Below are positions 38,435 to 47,540 of a stretch of DNA of 64,000 nt, in pieces. Location: contig CBDBZY010000031.1 in the NCBI GenBank assembly GCA_965213685.1, positions 224,001 to 288,000 on the forward strand. The letters run 5' to 3'. This DNA is from a bacterium (GTDB lineage: Bacteria > UBA8248). Position 1 is the stretch's first letter, and each line of letters opens with the position of its first letter. Under the pieces are notes generated by a model. It had not been told where the DNA came from and searched no databases. It was given only the letters and a program-made list of their open reading frames with translations. Both the position numbers and the translations under genes were made by a program.

Positions 38435-38917
38435 TCATCCTCCGAAACTTCCCCTCGGCAGGGGAAGCTGGAACAGGTCGCGGAACAGGAAGAACAGGAA
38501 CAGGGGAACGGCTATCGAGAGGCCCAGCAGAACGCGCGGGCGCCGCTCGCCCGTTATCCGCATGAGGCCGGCGAAGAAGACGGGAGTGGACCAAAAAAAG
38601 CCGAACAGGGGGAGCATGTAAAAATAGAGGCCCACGAGGGCCAGGCCCGCCGCCGCGCGCCCCAGGCTGTAATCCTGGCTCGAGGGAGGCCTCCGGGGGA
38701 GCAGGTCCGTGAGGCCGGAGGAGCCTTTCAGTCCCCGCAGCCCCTGGAGCAGGAGCATTCCGGAGAGGACGAGTATCGAGATGGCGATCAGGTAGGGGAA
38801 GAAGTGGGGCCCCGGCGCGTCCGTCGTGGTGCGCTTGGGAAGCAGGGTGGCGAGGCCGCCGTACCAGAGCGCAAAACCGAGGATCACTGCCGCGCCGATG
38901 ATATTCCGTAGGCCCAT
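38435..38917 (-). CDS. tctB: Tripartite tricarboxylate transporter TctB (second copy)
   Basis: PGPHFFP, 4 TM segments, LFQLPLPRG; start ATG 38917. Confidence 0.88.
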   Translation of the reverse strand: MGLRNIIGAAVILGFALWYGGLATLLPKRTTTDAPGPHFFPYLIAISILVLSGMLLLQGLRGLKGSSGLTDLLPRRPPSSQDYSLGRAAAGLALVGLYFYMLPLFGFFWSTPVFFAGLMRITGERRPRVLLGLSIAVPLFLFFLFRDLFQLPLPRGSFGG

Positions 38918-39016
38918 GGTGAATCGCCTGCCCCAGGGAGAGAACACGACCGCCGGAAAGCGGGGGCCGCCGCCCCCTCGCCGCGCGGAGAGAGGCGGCC
39001 CCTGCGATGCGCGGAG

Positions 39017-39991
39017 CTATTTCTTTTTCTTGGACCTGTAGATTCCCGTAGCCTTCATGATGTCGGCGACGATCTTGTCGCGCTTGGCGAGCATTTTGCC
39101 GAACTCCTCGGGGCCGCTCGGATCCACCGTGAAGCCCTTCGTTTTGGCCAGTTTCAGGAAGGACTTCGAGCGGGCCGCCTTCATCATGGCGTCCACGAGC
39201 TTCGCCTTCACCGAGGCGGGCGTCCCCTTCGGCACGCTGAGGCCGCGGAAATGATCGAAGGAGATGTCGTGCCCGAGCTCCTTCATGGTGGGCACGCTGG
39301 AGATGGCCGCGTTCCGCTTCCCCGTCAGGTGGGTGATGATGCGGAACTTGTTCGCTTTCGCCAGACGGATCGCCCCCGTGAGGGGCGCCCCCATGGCGTC
39401 GACCTCGCCGCTCAGGAGCGCCGCGTTGCGGCGCTTGACGCCCAGGGGAACGAGGATGGCCTTGCATCCCGACATGCTCGTGAAAACGACGGCCGTCAGG
39501 TGGGTGGTGCTGCCGGTGCCCGCGTGGCCGATTTTGAGCGTGTTCGGCTTTTTCTTGCAATCGGCCACGAAGCCCGCCGCCGTCTTCCACTTCGACTTGG
39601 CGTTCACCGCCACGACCAGGGGCTGGAAATGCACCCGCCCGATGTGCTCGAGTGCGGTGTAGTCCCACGGCACGTTCCCGATGTTCGTGGAGGTGAGGAT
39701 GGAGGTGGAGTTCCAGGCCACCGTATAGCCGTCGGGCTTGGAATTCTTCAGGAAGGTGTAGGTGACGGCCCCGCCCGCCCCCGGCTTGTTGATGGCCACC
39801 ACGGGAACGCCGAGGGCTTTGGCCATCTCCTTGGCCAGGAGGCGTCCCTCGATGTCCGCGCCGCCGCCCGCGCCGAAGGGAATGATGAACTGAATCGGCT
39901 TCTCGGGCCAGGCCGCCGAAGCGGGCTGCAGCGAGAACGAGGCGGAGAAAACGGCCGCCAGCAGAAACCACAAGACGCGATGCTTTTTCAT
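39017..39991 (-). CDS. tctC: Tripartite tricarboxylate transporter substrate-binding protein TctC (second copy)
   Basis: Start ATG 39991 after GAGGAGG; WPEKPI, AGGGAD, NKPGAGG, PKGTP; ends in SKKKK. Confidence 0.92.
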   Translation of the reverse strand: MKKHRVLWFLLAAVFSASFSLQPASAAWPEKPIQFIIPFGAGGGADIEGRLLAKEMAKALGVPVVAINKPGAGGAVTYTFLKNSKPDGYTVAWNSTSILTSTNIGNVPWDYTALEHIGRVHFQPLVVAVNAKSKWKTAAGFVADCKKKPNTLKIGHAGTGSTTHLTAVVFTSMSGCKAILVPLGVKRRNAALLSGEVDAMGAPLTGAIRLAKANKFRIITHLTGKRNAAISSVPTMKELGHDISFDHFRGLSVPKGTPASVKAKLVDAMMKAARSKSFLKLAKTKGFTVDPSGPEEFGKMLAKRDKIVADIMKATGIYRSKKKK

Positions 39992-40313
39992 GGACTTGCC
40001 TCCTCGGTTGGGAAAACGCACTCTGCGGCCCATACGAGCCTCAGAAATGACGAAACGGATCTCTGCCTTTAAAGCCCCCTTTATGGCACACTCCGGGGGA
40101 AAAATCCATCGCCATCTCTCCCGCACCGCCCCGGACGGCCGGGCGGCGCGAAGGGTCTCTGCGGCGGGGCGGTGATGCCTGCGCGCGCCATCGGCGCCCG
40201 CCGGAGGGGGAGCCCGGGCGGCGGCCTCTCTCCTCTCCCATCTGCCCGCGCATCTCCCATCTTCCCGCACGCGAGGCGCGCGGCCCGTCCATGTGCCCAT
40301 GTGTTTAATAAAA

Positions 40314-41378
40314 CTAGTAGAGTTCCGTCGCGCTTTCGCCCGCGGCCTCCTGCTTGGGCCGCCAGCGGAGGAGGTAGCGCTCCAGCCGGTTCACGGCGGC
40401 GTTGGCGATGAGGACGATGAACATGAGCAGGATGAGCCCCGCGAACGAGCCGGCGATGTTGAACAGGTTGCTCGCGTGTTGAATCATGAAGCCCAGCCCC
40501 TGGCTCGCCGCCATGAACTCGCCGAGGATGGCGCCGATGATGGCGAACGGAACGCCTATCTTGAGCCCCGTCAGTATCCACGGCATCGCGGCGGGCAGCG
40601 TGACCTTCCAGAGAACCTGCATCTCGTTGGCACCCATGACCTGGGCGAGGTTCTTGAGCGCCGGGTCCACCCCCCGGAGGCCCGCGTAGGTGTTCATGAA
40701 GGTCAGGAAGAGCACCAGGCTGACGGCGAGGACGATCTTCGACTCCACCCCGATGCCGAACCAGATGATCAGGATGGGCGCCATCGCCACGCGCGGGATG
40801 CCGTTCACGGCGACGATGAAGGGGTCGAGTATCTCGGCGAGCGTCTCGAGCCGCGCCAGCACGAACCCCAGCGCGATTCCGAGAACCGCGCCGATGGCGT
40901 AGCCGAGGAACGCCTCGTACATCGTCGTCCAGGTGTCGATGAAAATGCTGCCCGAGAGGGTGATCTCCACCATGTAGTCCAGGACGCGCAGCGGCGAGCC
41001 GAACCAGAAGGGGTCCACGCAAATCCATTTTTTGGGGCCGACCTCCCAGGCGCTCAGCTCCCACATGGCCAGAAAGCCGCCCGCGAAGAAGGCCCGGTAG
41101 GTGAACATCCGCAGCCGCGGGCTCTTGATGAAGCGGCCCGCGCGCGTCAGGGAGACGTCCACGAGCGCGATGGCGTGGAAGAACATGCCCGTAACCGAGC
41201 ACAGCATGTATCCGCCCGCCGTGAGCGTCAGCAGGAGGAACCCCTTGAGGTAGCTGCCCCGCCAGAGCTGGGGAACGCCCGGCAGGGGGATGGTCAGGAG
41301 AAAATCGCCCCACTTGGGCAGGGCGCGCCGGGCGGGAGCCCCGCCTGTGTCCGGATGCTTCCCCGTGGTGTCTGCCAT
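40314..41378 (-). CDS. NitT/TauT-family ABC permease with N-terminal extension
   Basis: NGIPRVAMAPILIIWFGIG, GAILGEF, GLGF. Confidence 0.9.
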   Translation of the reverse strand: MADTTGKHPDTGGAPARRALPKWGDFLLTIPLPGVPQLWRGSYLKGFLLLTLTAGGYMLCSVTGMFFHAIALVDVSLTRAGRFIKSPRLRMFTYRAFFAGGFLAMWELSAWEVGPKKWICVDPFWFGSPLRVLDYMVEITLSGSIFIDTWTTMYEAFLGYAIGAVLGIALGFVLARLETLAEILDPFIVAVNGIPRVAMAPILIIWFGIGVESKIVLAVSLVLFLTFMNTYAGLRGVDPALKNLAQVMGANEMQVLWKVTLPAAMPWILTGLKIGVPFAIIGAILGEFMAASQGLGFMIQHASNLFNIAGSFAGLILLMFIVLIANAAVNRLERYLLRWRPKQEAAGESATELY

Positions 41379-41412
41379 GCCAACAATCCCCCTTCCGCCC
41401 GCGCGGGCTAGG

Positions 41413-42216
41413 CTAGGTGGCGGCCCCGTCCTTCATCCACTCCTCGCTGCGCCGCACCTCCTCGCGCAGCTCCTTCCACAGCTTATCGTAGGTCCGCCGG
41501 AAGGCCTCCTTGCCGTGGATGCTGAACACGTCGCGCGGGCGCGGGATGTCCACCCGGGTGACGCTCCGGACGGTGCCGGGCCGACTCGTCATGACGACGA
41601 CCCGGTCGGCCAGGGCGATCGCCTCGACGAGATCGTGGGTGATGAAAATGACCGTCTTGCGCGCCTCCCGCCAGAGCTGCAGGAGCTGATCCTGCAGGAT
41701 GATCCGCGTCTGGGCGTCGAGCGGCCCGAAGGGCTCGTCCATCAGGATGACCTCGGGGTCGTAGATGAGGGTCCGGATGATGTTGGCCCGCTGGCGCATT
41801 CCGCCGGACAGCTCGTGGGGGTAGTGATCCTCGAAGCCGGCCAGCCCGACGCGCTGGATGTAGTCGCGCGCCCTGGCGTGGCGAACCTTCTGCTCGACGC
41901 CGCGCACCTCGAGGGGGAAGGCGACGTTGTTCAGCAAGGTGCGCCAGGCGTAGAGATAGTCCGACTGCGGCACGTAGCCGATCTCGTCGTTGATCCCCCG
42001 AAGGTTCCGGCCCTGGTAGGCGATGGTTCCCGAGGTGGGGTGGACGAGCCCGATGATGGAGTTCAGGAGCGTGGACTTCCCGCAGCCGCTCGGCCCCACG
42101 ATGGTGACGAACTCGCCCTCCTCGATGTCGAGGCTCATGTCCTCGACGGCGAGAACGCGGTTGCCCCGGGAGAAGAACTCCTTGCGAAGATGCTGAATCG
42201 AGAGGATGGGAGGCAC
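41413..42216 (-). CDS. NitT/TauT-family ABC ATP-binding protein
   Basis: [37 protein letters not shown]. Confidence 0.94.
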   Translation of the reverse strand: MPPILSIQHLRKEFFSRGNRVLAVEDMSLDIEEGEFVTIVGPSGCGKSTLLNSIIGLVHPTSGTIAYQGRNLRGINDEIGYVPQSDYLYAWRTLLNNVAFPLEVRGVEQKVRHARARDYIQRVGLAGFEDHYPHELSGGMRQRANIIRTLIYDPEVILMDEPFGPLDAQTRIILQDQLLQLWREARKTVIFITHDLVEAIALADRVVVMTSRPGTVRSVTRVDIPRPRDVFSIHGKEAFRRTYDKLWKELREEVRRSEEWMKDGAAT

Positions 42217-42304
42217 GGGACGTCAGTCTCCATCGCCGGGGACGCGGGCTCTCGGCGCGGCCCCGCCCCCGGCGGATTTTCCCAGGTGAAAAGGCACCGT
42301 CCCC

Positions 42305-43354
42305 CTAGCGGGGCAGATAATCGTCCGACACCAGGACGCTTCTCGGGAACGGCTTCTTGAGCTTGCCCGCCGCGACGAGAAGGCTCTGGGTGATGTCCAC
42401 CGCGCGCTGGGTGACCTTTCCGTCCAGCGAAACGGCCTTCTTCACCGCCGCGATGCTGGTGCGCAGCAGGCGCTTGTCCGTCTTGGCGAAGTAAATCTGG
42501 ATTCTCTCGCGAATCTGCTCGGCGGTGTGCTTGGCGATCCAGTTGTTGGCCTTGAGAAGCGCCCGGACGACCTTGCGAACGGTATCGGGATTCTTCTTCG
42601 CGTAGTCGGGCCGCACGAGCAGCACCTCCATCATGAACTGGTCCATCTTCGGGTCCTCGCCCGCCGAGTTCGTGATGAAGGGGATGGCCTTGCCGCGGAA
42701 AATCGCCGTCTCCGGCACGGGGATGGTCTGGATCGCTATCTGTATCTTGTTCCGCTCCAGGGCGGCGATGAGCACGGGCCCCGCGCCCGCGCCGATGAGC
42801 TTCACCTCCTTCTGCGGGGTGTAGCCGGCCTGGCGAATCCAGTATTCGCCCTGGTTGTAGGTCAGCGCGCCCGGGCGCGTGGCGCCGACGGTGAGGCCCT
42901 TCATCTTCCGGAGCTTCTCCTTGTAGGGGGTCTTGGCGGTGATGCCGAGCTTCTCGGCGACGTCCTTGCGGATGGCGGAGTTGACGATGCTGCGGTTCAG
43001 GCAGCTCATCACCGCCACGAGGCGCCCGCCCGCCTTGACGGCGTTGATCTGGTAGGTGCCCGCCGCGACGGAGAACTCCGCCTTGCCGGCGAGGTTGGCC
43101 TTGATGTCCGGCCCGCCGCCCCGGGTGGAGATGACCTCGACGGCCAGACCCTCGTCGGCGAAATAGCCGTTCGCGCGCGCCACGTAGTTGCTGACGAAGG
43201 CGAGGCTCTCGACCGCCTGGGTGATGATGACCCGCTTGACGGCCGCCTCCGGACGGGCGGCGGACGCGAAGACGAGCGCCACCCCCAGCAGTACCGCCCA
43301 GGTCAGTTTGTTGTTGTTGGAGATGCCATCCCGAACATGCACCCTGTGATCCAT
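42305..43354 (-). CDS. NitT/TauT (NMT1/SsuA-like) ABC substrate-binding protein
   Basis: Start ATG 43354 after GGGGAGG; signal-like segment; GYFADEGL, KGLTVGAT, KNPDTVRKVVRALLKA. Confidence 0.87.
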   Translation of the reverse strand: MDHRVHVRDGISNNNKLTWAVLLGVALVFASAARPEAAVKRVIITQAVESLAFVSNYVARANGYFADEGLAVEVISTRGGGPDIKANLAGKAEFSVAAGTYQINAVKAGGRLVAVMSCLNRSIVNSAIRKDVAEKLGITAKTPYKEKLRKMKGLTVGATRPGALTYNQGEYWIRQAGYTPQKEVKLIGAGAGPVLIAALERNKIQIAIQTIPVPETAIFRGKAIPFITNSAGEDPKMDQFMMEVLLVRPDYAKKNPDTVRKVVRALLKANNWIAKHTAEQIRERIQIYFAKTDKRLLRTSIAAVKKAVSLDGKVTQRAVDITQSLLVAAGKLKKPFPRSVLVSDDYLPR

Positions 43355-43535
43355 GATTCCAGCCTCCCCTCTGGCCGCAGGGTTCGCGGCGCGTTCATGG
43401 ACGTTCCAGCGTCCCGCCGGCGGGACGCACCTGAGTCGCATCTGGGAAATCAGGGGTTCTCGCGCCCTCCTCCATCTATGGGAAGTTCGACGAAGCCGGA
43501 AGCTCCTTCTCCGTTTGCCTGGATGAATGGGGAGA

Positions 43536-43563
43536 ATTATATACAAAACCAGCCAAAGGTCAA
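43536..43563 (-). promoter_or_regulatory. Putative sigma70 promoter of the NitT/TauT operon
   Basis: Minus strand TTGACC-N16-TATAAT. Confidence 0.6.
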
Positions 43564-43592
43564 TGGCGATGCTGCTCTCATCATGGGGAATC

Positions 43593-45272
43593 TCACGCGG
43601 AGGGAGGGATGCCGGCTGCGCGCTCCGCCTCCCGCTTCCTGAGCGCCCCCCGTTGTATCTTGCCCGTGGGCGTGAGCGGGAGGCTTTCGACGAACTCGAC
43701 AGCTCTGGGGTACTTGTAGGGTGCCAGCTGCGCCCTCACGAAATCCTGAAGCGCCTCGGCGAGCGCGGCCTCCCCTCCCGCCGGGGCGTCAGCCGCCGGG
43801 GACTCGGCCAAGACGACAAACGCCTTCACGATTTCTCCGCGCTCGGGATTCGGCGAGCCGACCACCGCGCACGCGCGCACCATCGGGTGTTCGAGCAGCA
43901 CGGCCTCCACCTCCAGCCCGGACACGTTGTATCCTCCGGTGTTGATCATGTCGTCGGTGCGCGCCTCGAAGGAGATATACCCGTCCGCATCCGCGCGGCA
44001 GAGGTCTCCCGTCATGTTCCATCCGTCGCGCACGTACCCCCTCTGCCGGTCCGGGTCGTCCAGATACCGGCACCCGGTGGGGCCCTTCACGATCAGCTGC
44101 CCCACCTCGCCCGGCGGGGCGTCCTCCATCGCGTCGTTCACGACGCGGACCCGGTAGCCGGGCACCGCGCGGCCGATCTTTGCGGGGCGGACGTCCCCGC
44201 CCGCGGCCGAGACGAATATGTGCAGCAGCTCGGAGACCCCCAGCCCGTTGACGATCTCCACGCCCGTCCTCTCCCGCCACCCGGCCAGCACGGAGGGGGG
44301 CAGGGGCTCTCCCCCCGCCACGCAGGCGCGCAGGCTGCGCAGGTCGCACCCGGCGGCGACGTCGAGCATCTGCTGATAGCCGGAGGGCGTGCTGAAGCAC
44401 ACCGTCGCCCCGTAGCGCTCGATGGCCTCCAGCAGCGCCCCTGGAGTTCCCCGCTCGAGCAGAACCACGGAGCTGCCGAATCGCAAGGGGTCCGTGATGA
44501 AGGCGCAAAACCCATACAGGAAAGCGATCTGCGGGCTGCCGCAAACGACGTCCCCGGGCGCCAGGCCGAGCAGATGCCTCGGAAACGTATCCGCGGCGGC
44601 CAGCAAATCCCGGTGAAAATGCACCGTGCCCTTGGGCGTTCCCGTGGAGCCCGACGTGAAGCCGATCAGCGCGACGTCATCGGCGGACGTATCCGCGTTC
44701 GGATACCGCGCCGCCGCCCCGGCCATCAACGCCTCCAGGCCGTCGGGGGCGTCGTCGCCGAAGCAGACGACGCTGCGGAGCGACTGCGCGGATCGCTGCG
44801 CGCGGAGGAGGTCCGCGCGCAATCGAGCGTCGCAAACCGCAAACTCGATGCGGGCTTTCTCCAGCACATACGCCAGCTCCCGCTCGCGCATGACCGGCAT
44901 GGTCGGCACCACGATGCCGCCCGCCTTCAAAATCCCCAGGCACGCGGCCACGAGCATCGGGTGGTTCGATGCGCGAAGCAGCACCCGGCCGCCGGGGACG
45001 AGGCCCAACCGCTCGCGCATCACCGAGGCGATCCGGTTGGCGTTCTCCCGCAGTTCGCGATAGGTCCAGGTCGTCTCGCCAAAGTAAATCGCGGGCCGCG
45101 CACCCTGTGCGCCCTCGCCCATCGCGTCGATGAGCGCCGCGGCGGCGTTCATGCGGGGGGGATAGGCCGCCAGCGCCGGCAGGACGCCATAGTCCATCTC
45201 CGGCCACGCGGACTCGGGCGGCAGGCTGTCGCGCGCGAACGTGTCCACGTGCCCGCTCGTCTCAGCCGGCAT
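43593..45272 (-). CDS. AMP-binding aryl-CoA ligase, 2-aminobenzoate-CoA ligase (AbmG)-like
   Basis: N-terminal HVDTFARDSLPP, FTSGSTGTPKGTVHFHRD, ELLHIF, GPTGCRYL, APYKYPR, TPTGKIQR. Confidence 0.85.
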   Translation of the reverse strand: MPAETSGHVDTFARDSLPPESAWPEMDYGVLPALAAYPPRMNAAAALIDAMGEGAQGARPAIYFGETTWTYRELRENANRIASVMRERLGLVPGGRVLLRASNHPMLVAACLGILKAGGIVVPTMPVMRERELAYVLEKARIEFAVCDARLRADLLRAQRSAQSLRSVVCFGDDAPDGLEALMAGAAARYPNADTSADDVALIGFTSGSTGTPKGTVHFHRDLLAAADTFPRHLLGLAPGDVVCGSPQIAFLYGFCAFITDPLRFGSSVVLLERGTPGALLEAIERYGATVCFSTPSGYQQMLDVAAGCDLRSLRACVAGGEPLPPSVLAGWRERTGVEIVNGLGVSELLHIFVSAAGGDVRPAKIGRAVPGYRVRVVNDAMEDAPPGEVGQLIVKGPTGCRYLDDPDRQRGYVRDGWNMTGDLCRADADGYISFEARTDDMINTGGYNVSGLEVEAVLLEHPMVRACAVVGSPNPERGEIVKAFVVLAESPAADAPAGGEAALAEALQDFVRAQLAPYKYPRAVEFVESLPLTPTGKIQRGALRKREAERAAGIPPSA

Positions 45273-45315
45273 CGTTTTTCACGGCGGGCAGGAGTTCTTC
45301 CGCCAACCTCGTCAT
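45262..45315 (-). other. 17-codon upstream ORF (MTRLAEELLPAVKNDAG) overlapping the CoA-ligase start
   Basis: TAAGGAGG 8 nt before ATG 45315; TGA at 45264-45262 lies inside ligase codons 3-4. Confidence 0.45.
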
Positions 45316-45446
45316 ATGCTCCGCCTCCTTATCATCAATCGGCGGGCGCCGCCGCCTGTGAAGATGAAGCGCCTCGCGCCCGGCCGCGCTCCGCGTGGCC
45401 GCATCCATACTGCACCGCTTCCCCCAGAGATGTCCTCACGGCTCCG

Positions 45447-47483
45447 TCAGCCCGGCGCGCGCAAGTGCAGGTGCCCCTGCGCGTCCCGCCTCGCCGCCCA
45501 GCCGGGCGGCACCAGGGTGTTCGATCCGTACTCCTCGACGATCGTCGGCCCGCGGACTTGCGCGCCGACCGGCAGGGCGTCCCGACGGTAGACGGGGCAA
45601 TCCGGGACGCTCTCCCCGAAAACGATCGTCCTCCGCTCCACCAGCGCATCGTCCAGCCCCCCCGTCGGTTCCGCGGATTCCATCCAGTTCCATTTTTTCA
45701 CCACCCCCAGGACGCGCACCCGCAGGCTGACGATCTCCAGAGGACTCTCCGGGTGGGAATGTCCGTAGCGCCCCTCGTATCGAGCGTGAAACTCCCCCGC
45801 CAACGCATCCAGCCAGCCGCCGGCTTCCGGAACGGGAATCGTCAGCTCGAACGCCTGTCCGGCATAGCGCACGTCCGCGTAGCGGAGTCCGCGAACCTCG
45901 CGCAGCCCGGCCGCGCGCAGGCGGCCTGCGCAAGGCGCCTTCAGTTTCTCGAAGACGCGCTCGAGGGCGGATTCATCCGCATCTTCCAGTGCGACGAAAT
46001 GCGTCTCGACATCCTCCTGCACGACGTCCGCCATCAGAAGGCCTACGGCCGAAAAATTCCCCGGAAACCGGGGCACGACCACGCGGGCGATGGCCAACTC
46101 CCCCGCGATGAGGGCGGCGTGCAGCGGCCCCGCCCCCCCGTAGGCGAGCAGGGCGTGTTCCCTCGGGTCGAACCCGCGCTCGATGGAAATTTCCCGGATG
46201 GAGCTCACCATTTTCGTCACGGCCACCTCGATGACCCCGCGCGCCATCTCCGCCGCGTCGTCCACCCCCAGCCGGCCGGCCAGTGCGCGCAGGGCGCGCT
46301 CCGCCCTCCCGGGATGCAGCCGCAAGCCCCCGGCGAGGAGGCTGCGGGGGCCGATGCGGGAGAGGACCACGTTCGCGTCCGTCACCGTCGGCTCCTCGCC
46401 GCCGAACCCGTAGCAGGCGGGGCCGGGCCGGGAACCGGCGCTTTGGGGCCCGATGTGAAGCGCGCCATCCTCGTCGCACCAGGCGATGCTCCCCCCGCCG
46501 GCGCCCACGGTGTTGATGTGGAGCTGCGACGTCTTGAGGGGGTGCGCGCCGATCGCGTTGTCCCTGCTGATGACGGGCTGGCGATCCCGCACCAGGCATA
46601 CGTCCGTGCTCGTGCCGCCCATGTCATAGGTGATGAGATGCTCCAGACGCAACGCATGGGCGATGGAGACGCCGCCCACGACGCCGCCCGCCGGGCCCGA
46701 GAGGATCGTCTGCACGGGAAAGCGCGCCGCATCCGAGGCGTCCAGCATCCCGCCGCCCGAAGCCATGATGAAGATGGAGGCGCGGCACCCCCGCTCCCGA
46801 AGCGCGGCCTCCAGACGGCCGAGATAGCTCCTGACGCAGGGGCCGAGATAGGCGTTCAGCGCCGTCGTCGAGAAGCGCTCGAACTCGCGATACTCCGGCA
46901 CGACCTCGTGCGACAGGGAGAGATACACGTCCGGGGCCACCTTCCGCAGATGCGCCGCCGTCCGCCTCTCGTTCTCCCCGTTGGCATAGGCGTTCAGATA
47001 GCAGATGGCGACGGATTCCACCCCGAGCCGCCGGAGGCGCGCAGCCTGCCGCCCGACGTCCGCCTCCTCCGCGCCGGCCTCCACGCGGCCATCGGCCAGG
47101 GTGCGCTCGGCCACCTCGAACCGCATCTCGCGGGGGACGATGGGCCGGGGGCGAACGAATTTCGCGTCAAACAGGCTGTGGGGGACGAGACGCTGCGTTC
47201 GGCCGATCTCCAGGACGTCGCGGAAGCCCCGCGTCGTCAGAACCGCGGTGCGCGCCCCCGCCCCCTCCAGTATCGCGTTGGTGCCGACGGTGGTGCCGTG
47301 CGTGATCCTGCCAATCGAGGAGACGTCCAGGCCCTCTACCGCCCGGAGAAAGACCTCATCCTCTTTCCCGCGAATGGTGGGAATCTTGGAAACCTCCATC
47401 CGCATCTCGTTCTCATCGTAGAAAACGAGGTCGGTAAACGTTCCTCCGGTGTCTATCCCGACGAGGCGCAATGGACCGGCCAC
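45447..47483 (-). CDS. hyuA: Hydantoinase/oxoprolinase subunit A (ATP-binding)
   Basis: GIDTGGTFTD, HGTTVGTNA, SGPAGG, DMGGTSTD, GAGGGS, GPACYG, PTVTDA. Confidence 0.93.
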   Translation of the reverse strand: MAGPLRLVGIDTGGTFTDLVFYDENEMRMEVSKIPTIRGKEDEVFLRAVEGLDVSSIGRITHGTTVGTNAILEGAGARTAVLTTRGFRDVLEIGRTQRLVPHSLFDAKFVRPRPIVPREMRFEVAERTLADGRVEAGAEEADVGRQAARLRRLGVESVAICYLNAYANGENERRTAAHLRKVAPDVYLSLSHEVVPEYREFERFSTTALNAYLGPCVRSYLGRLEAALRERGCRASIFIMASGGGMLDASDAARFPVQTILSGPAGGVVGGVSIAHALRLEHLITYDMGGTSTDVCLVRDRQPVISRDNAIGAHPLKTSQLHINTVGAGGGSIAWCDEDGALHIGPQSAGSRPGPACYGFGGEEPTVTDANVVLSRIGPRSLLAGGLRLHPGRAERALRALAGRLGVDDAAEMARGVIEVAVTKMVSSIREISIERGFDPREHALLAYGGAGPLHAALIAGELAIARVVVPRFPGNFSAVGLLMADVVQEDVETHFVALEDADESALERVFEKLKAPCAGRLRAAGLREVRGLRYADVRYAGQAFELTIPVPEAGGWLDALAGEFHARYEGRYGHSHPESPLEIVSLRVRVLGVVKKWNWMESAEPTGGLDDALVERRTIVFGESVPDCPVYRRDALPVGAQVRGPTIVEEYGSNTLVPPGWAARRDAQGHLHLRAPG

Positions 47484-47540
47484 TCCCCAAAAGTCATCTC
47501 CCGAAACATCCCGCTGCGAGAACGCAGAGTGCCGGAACCC

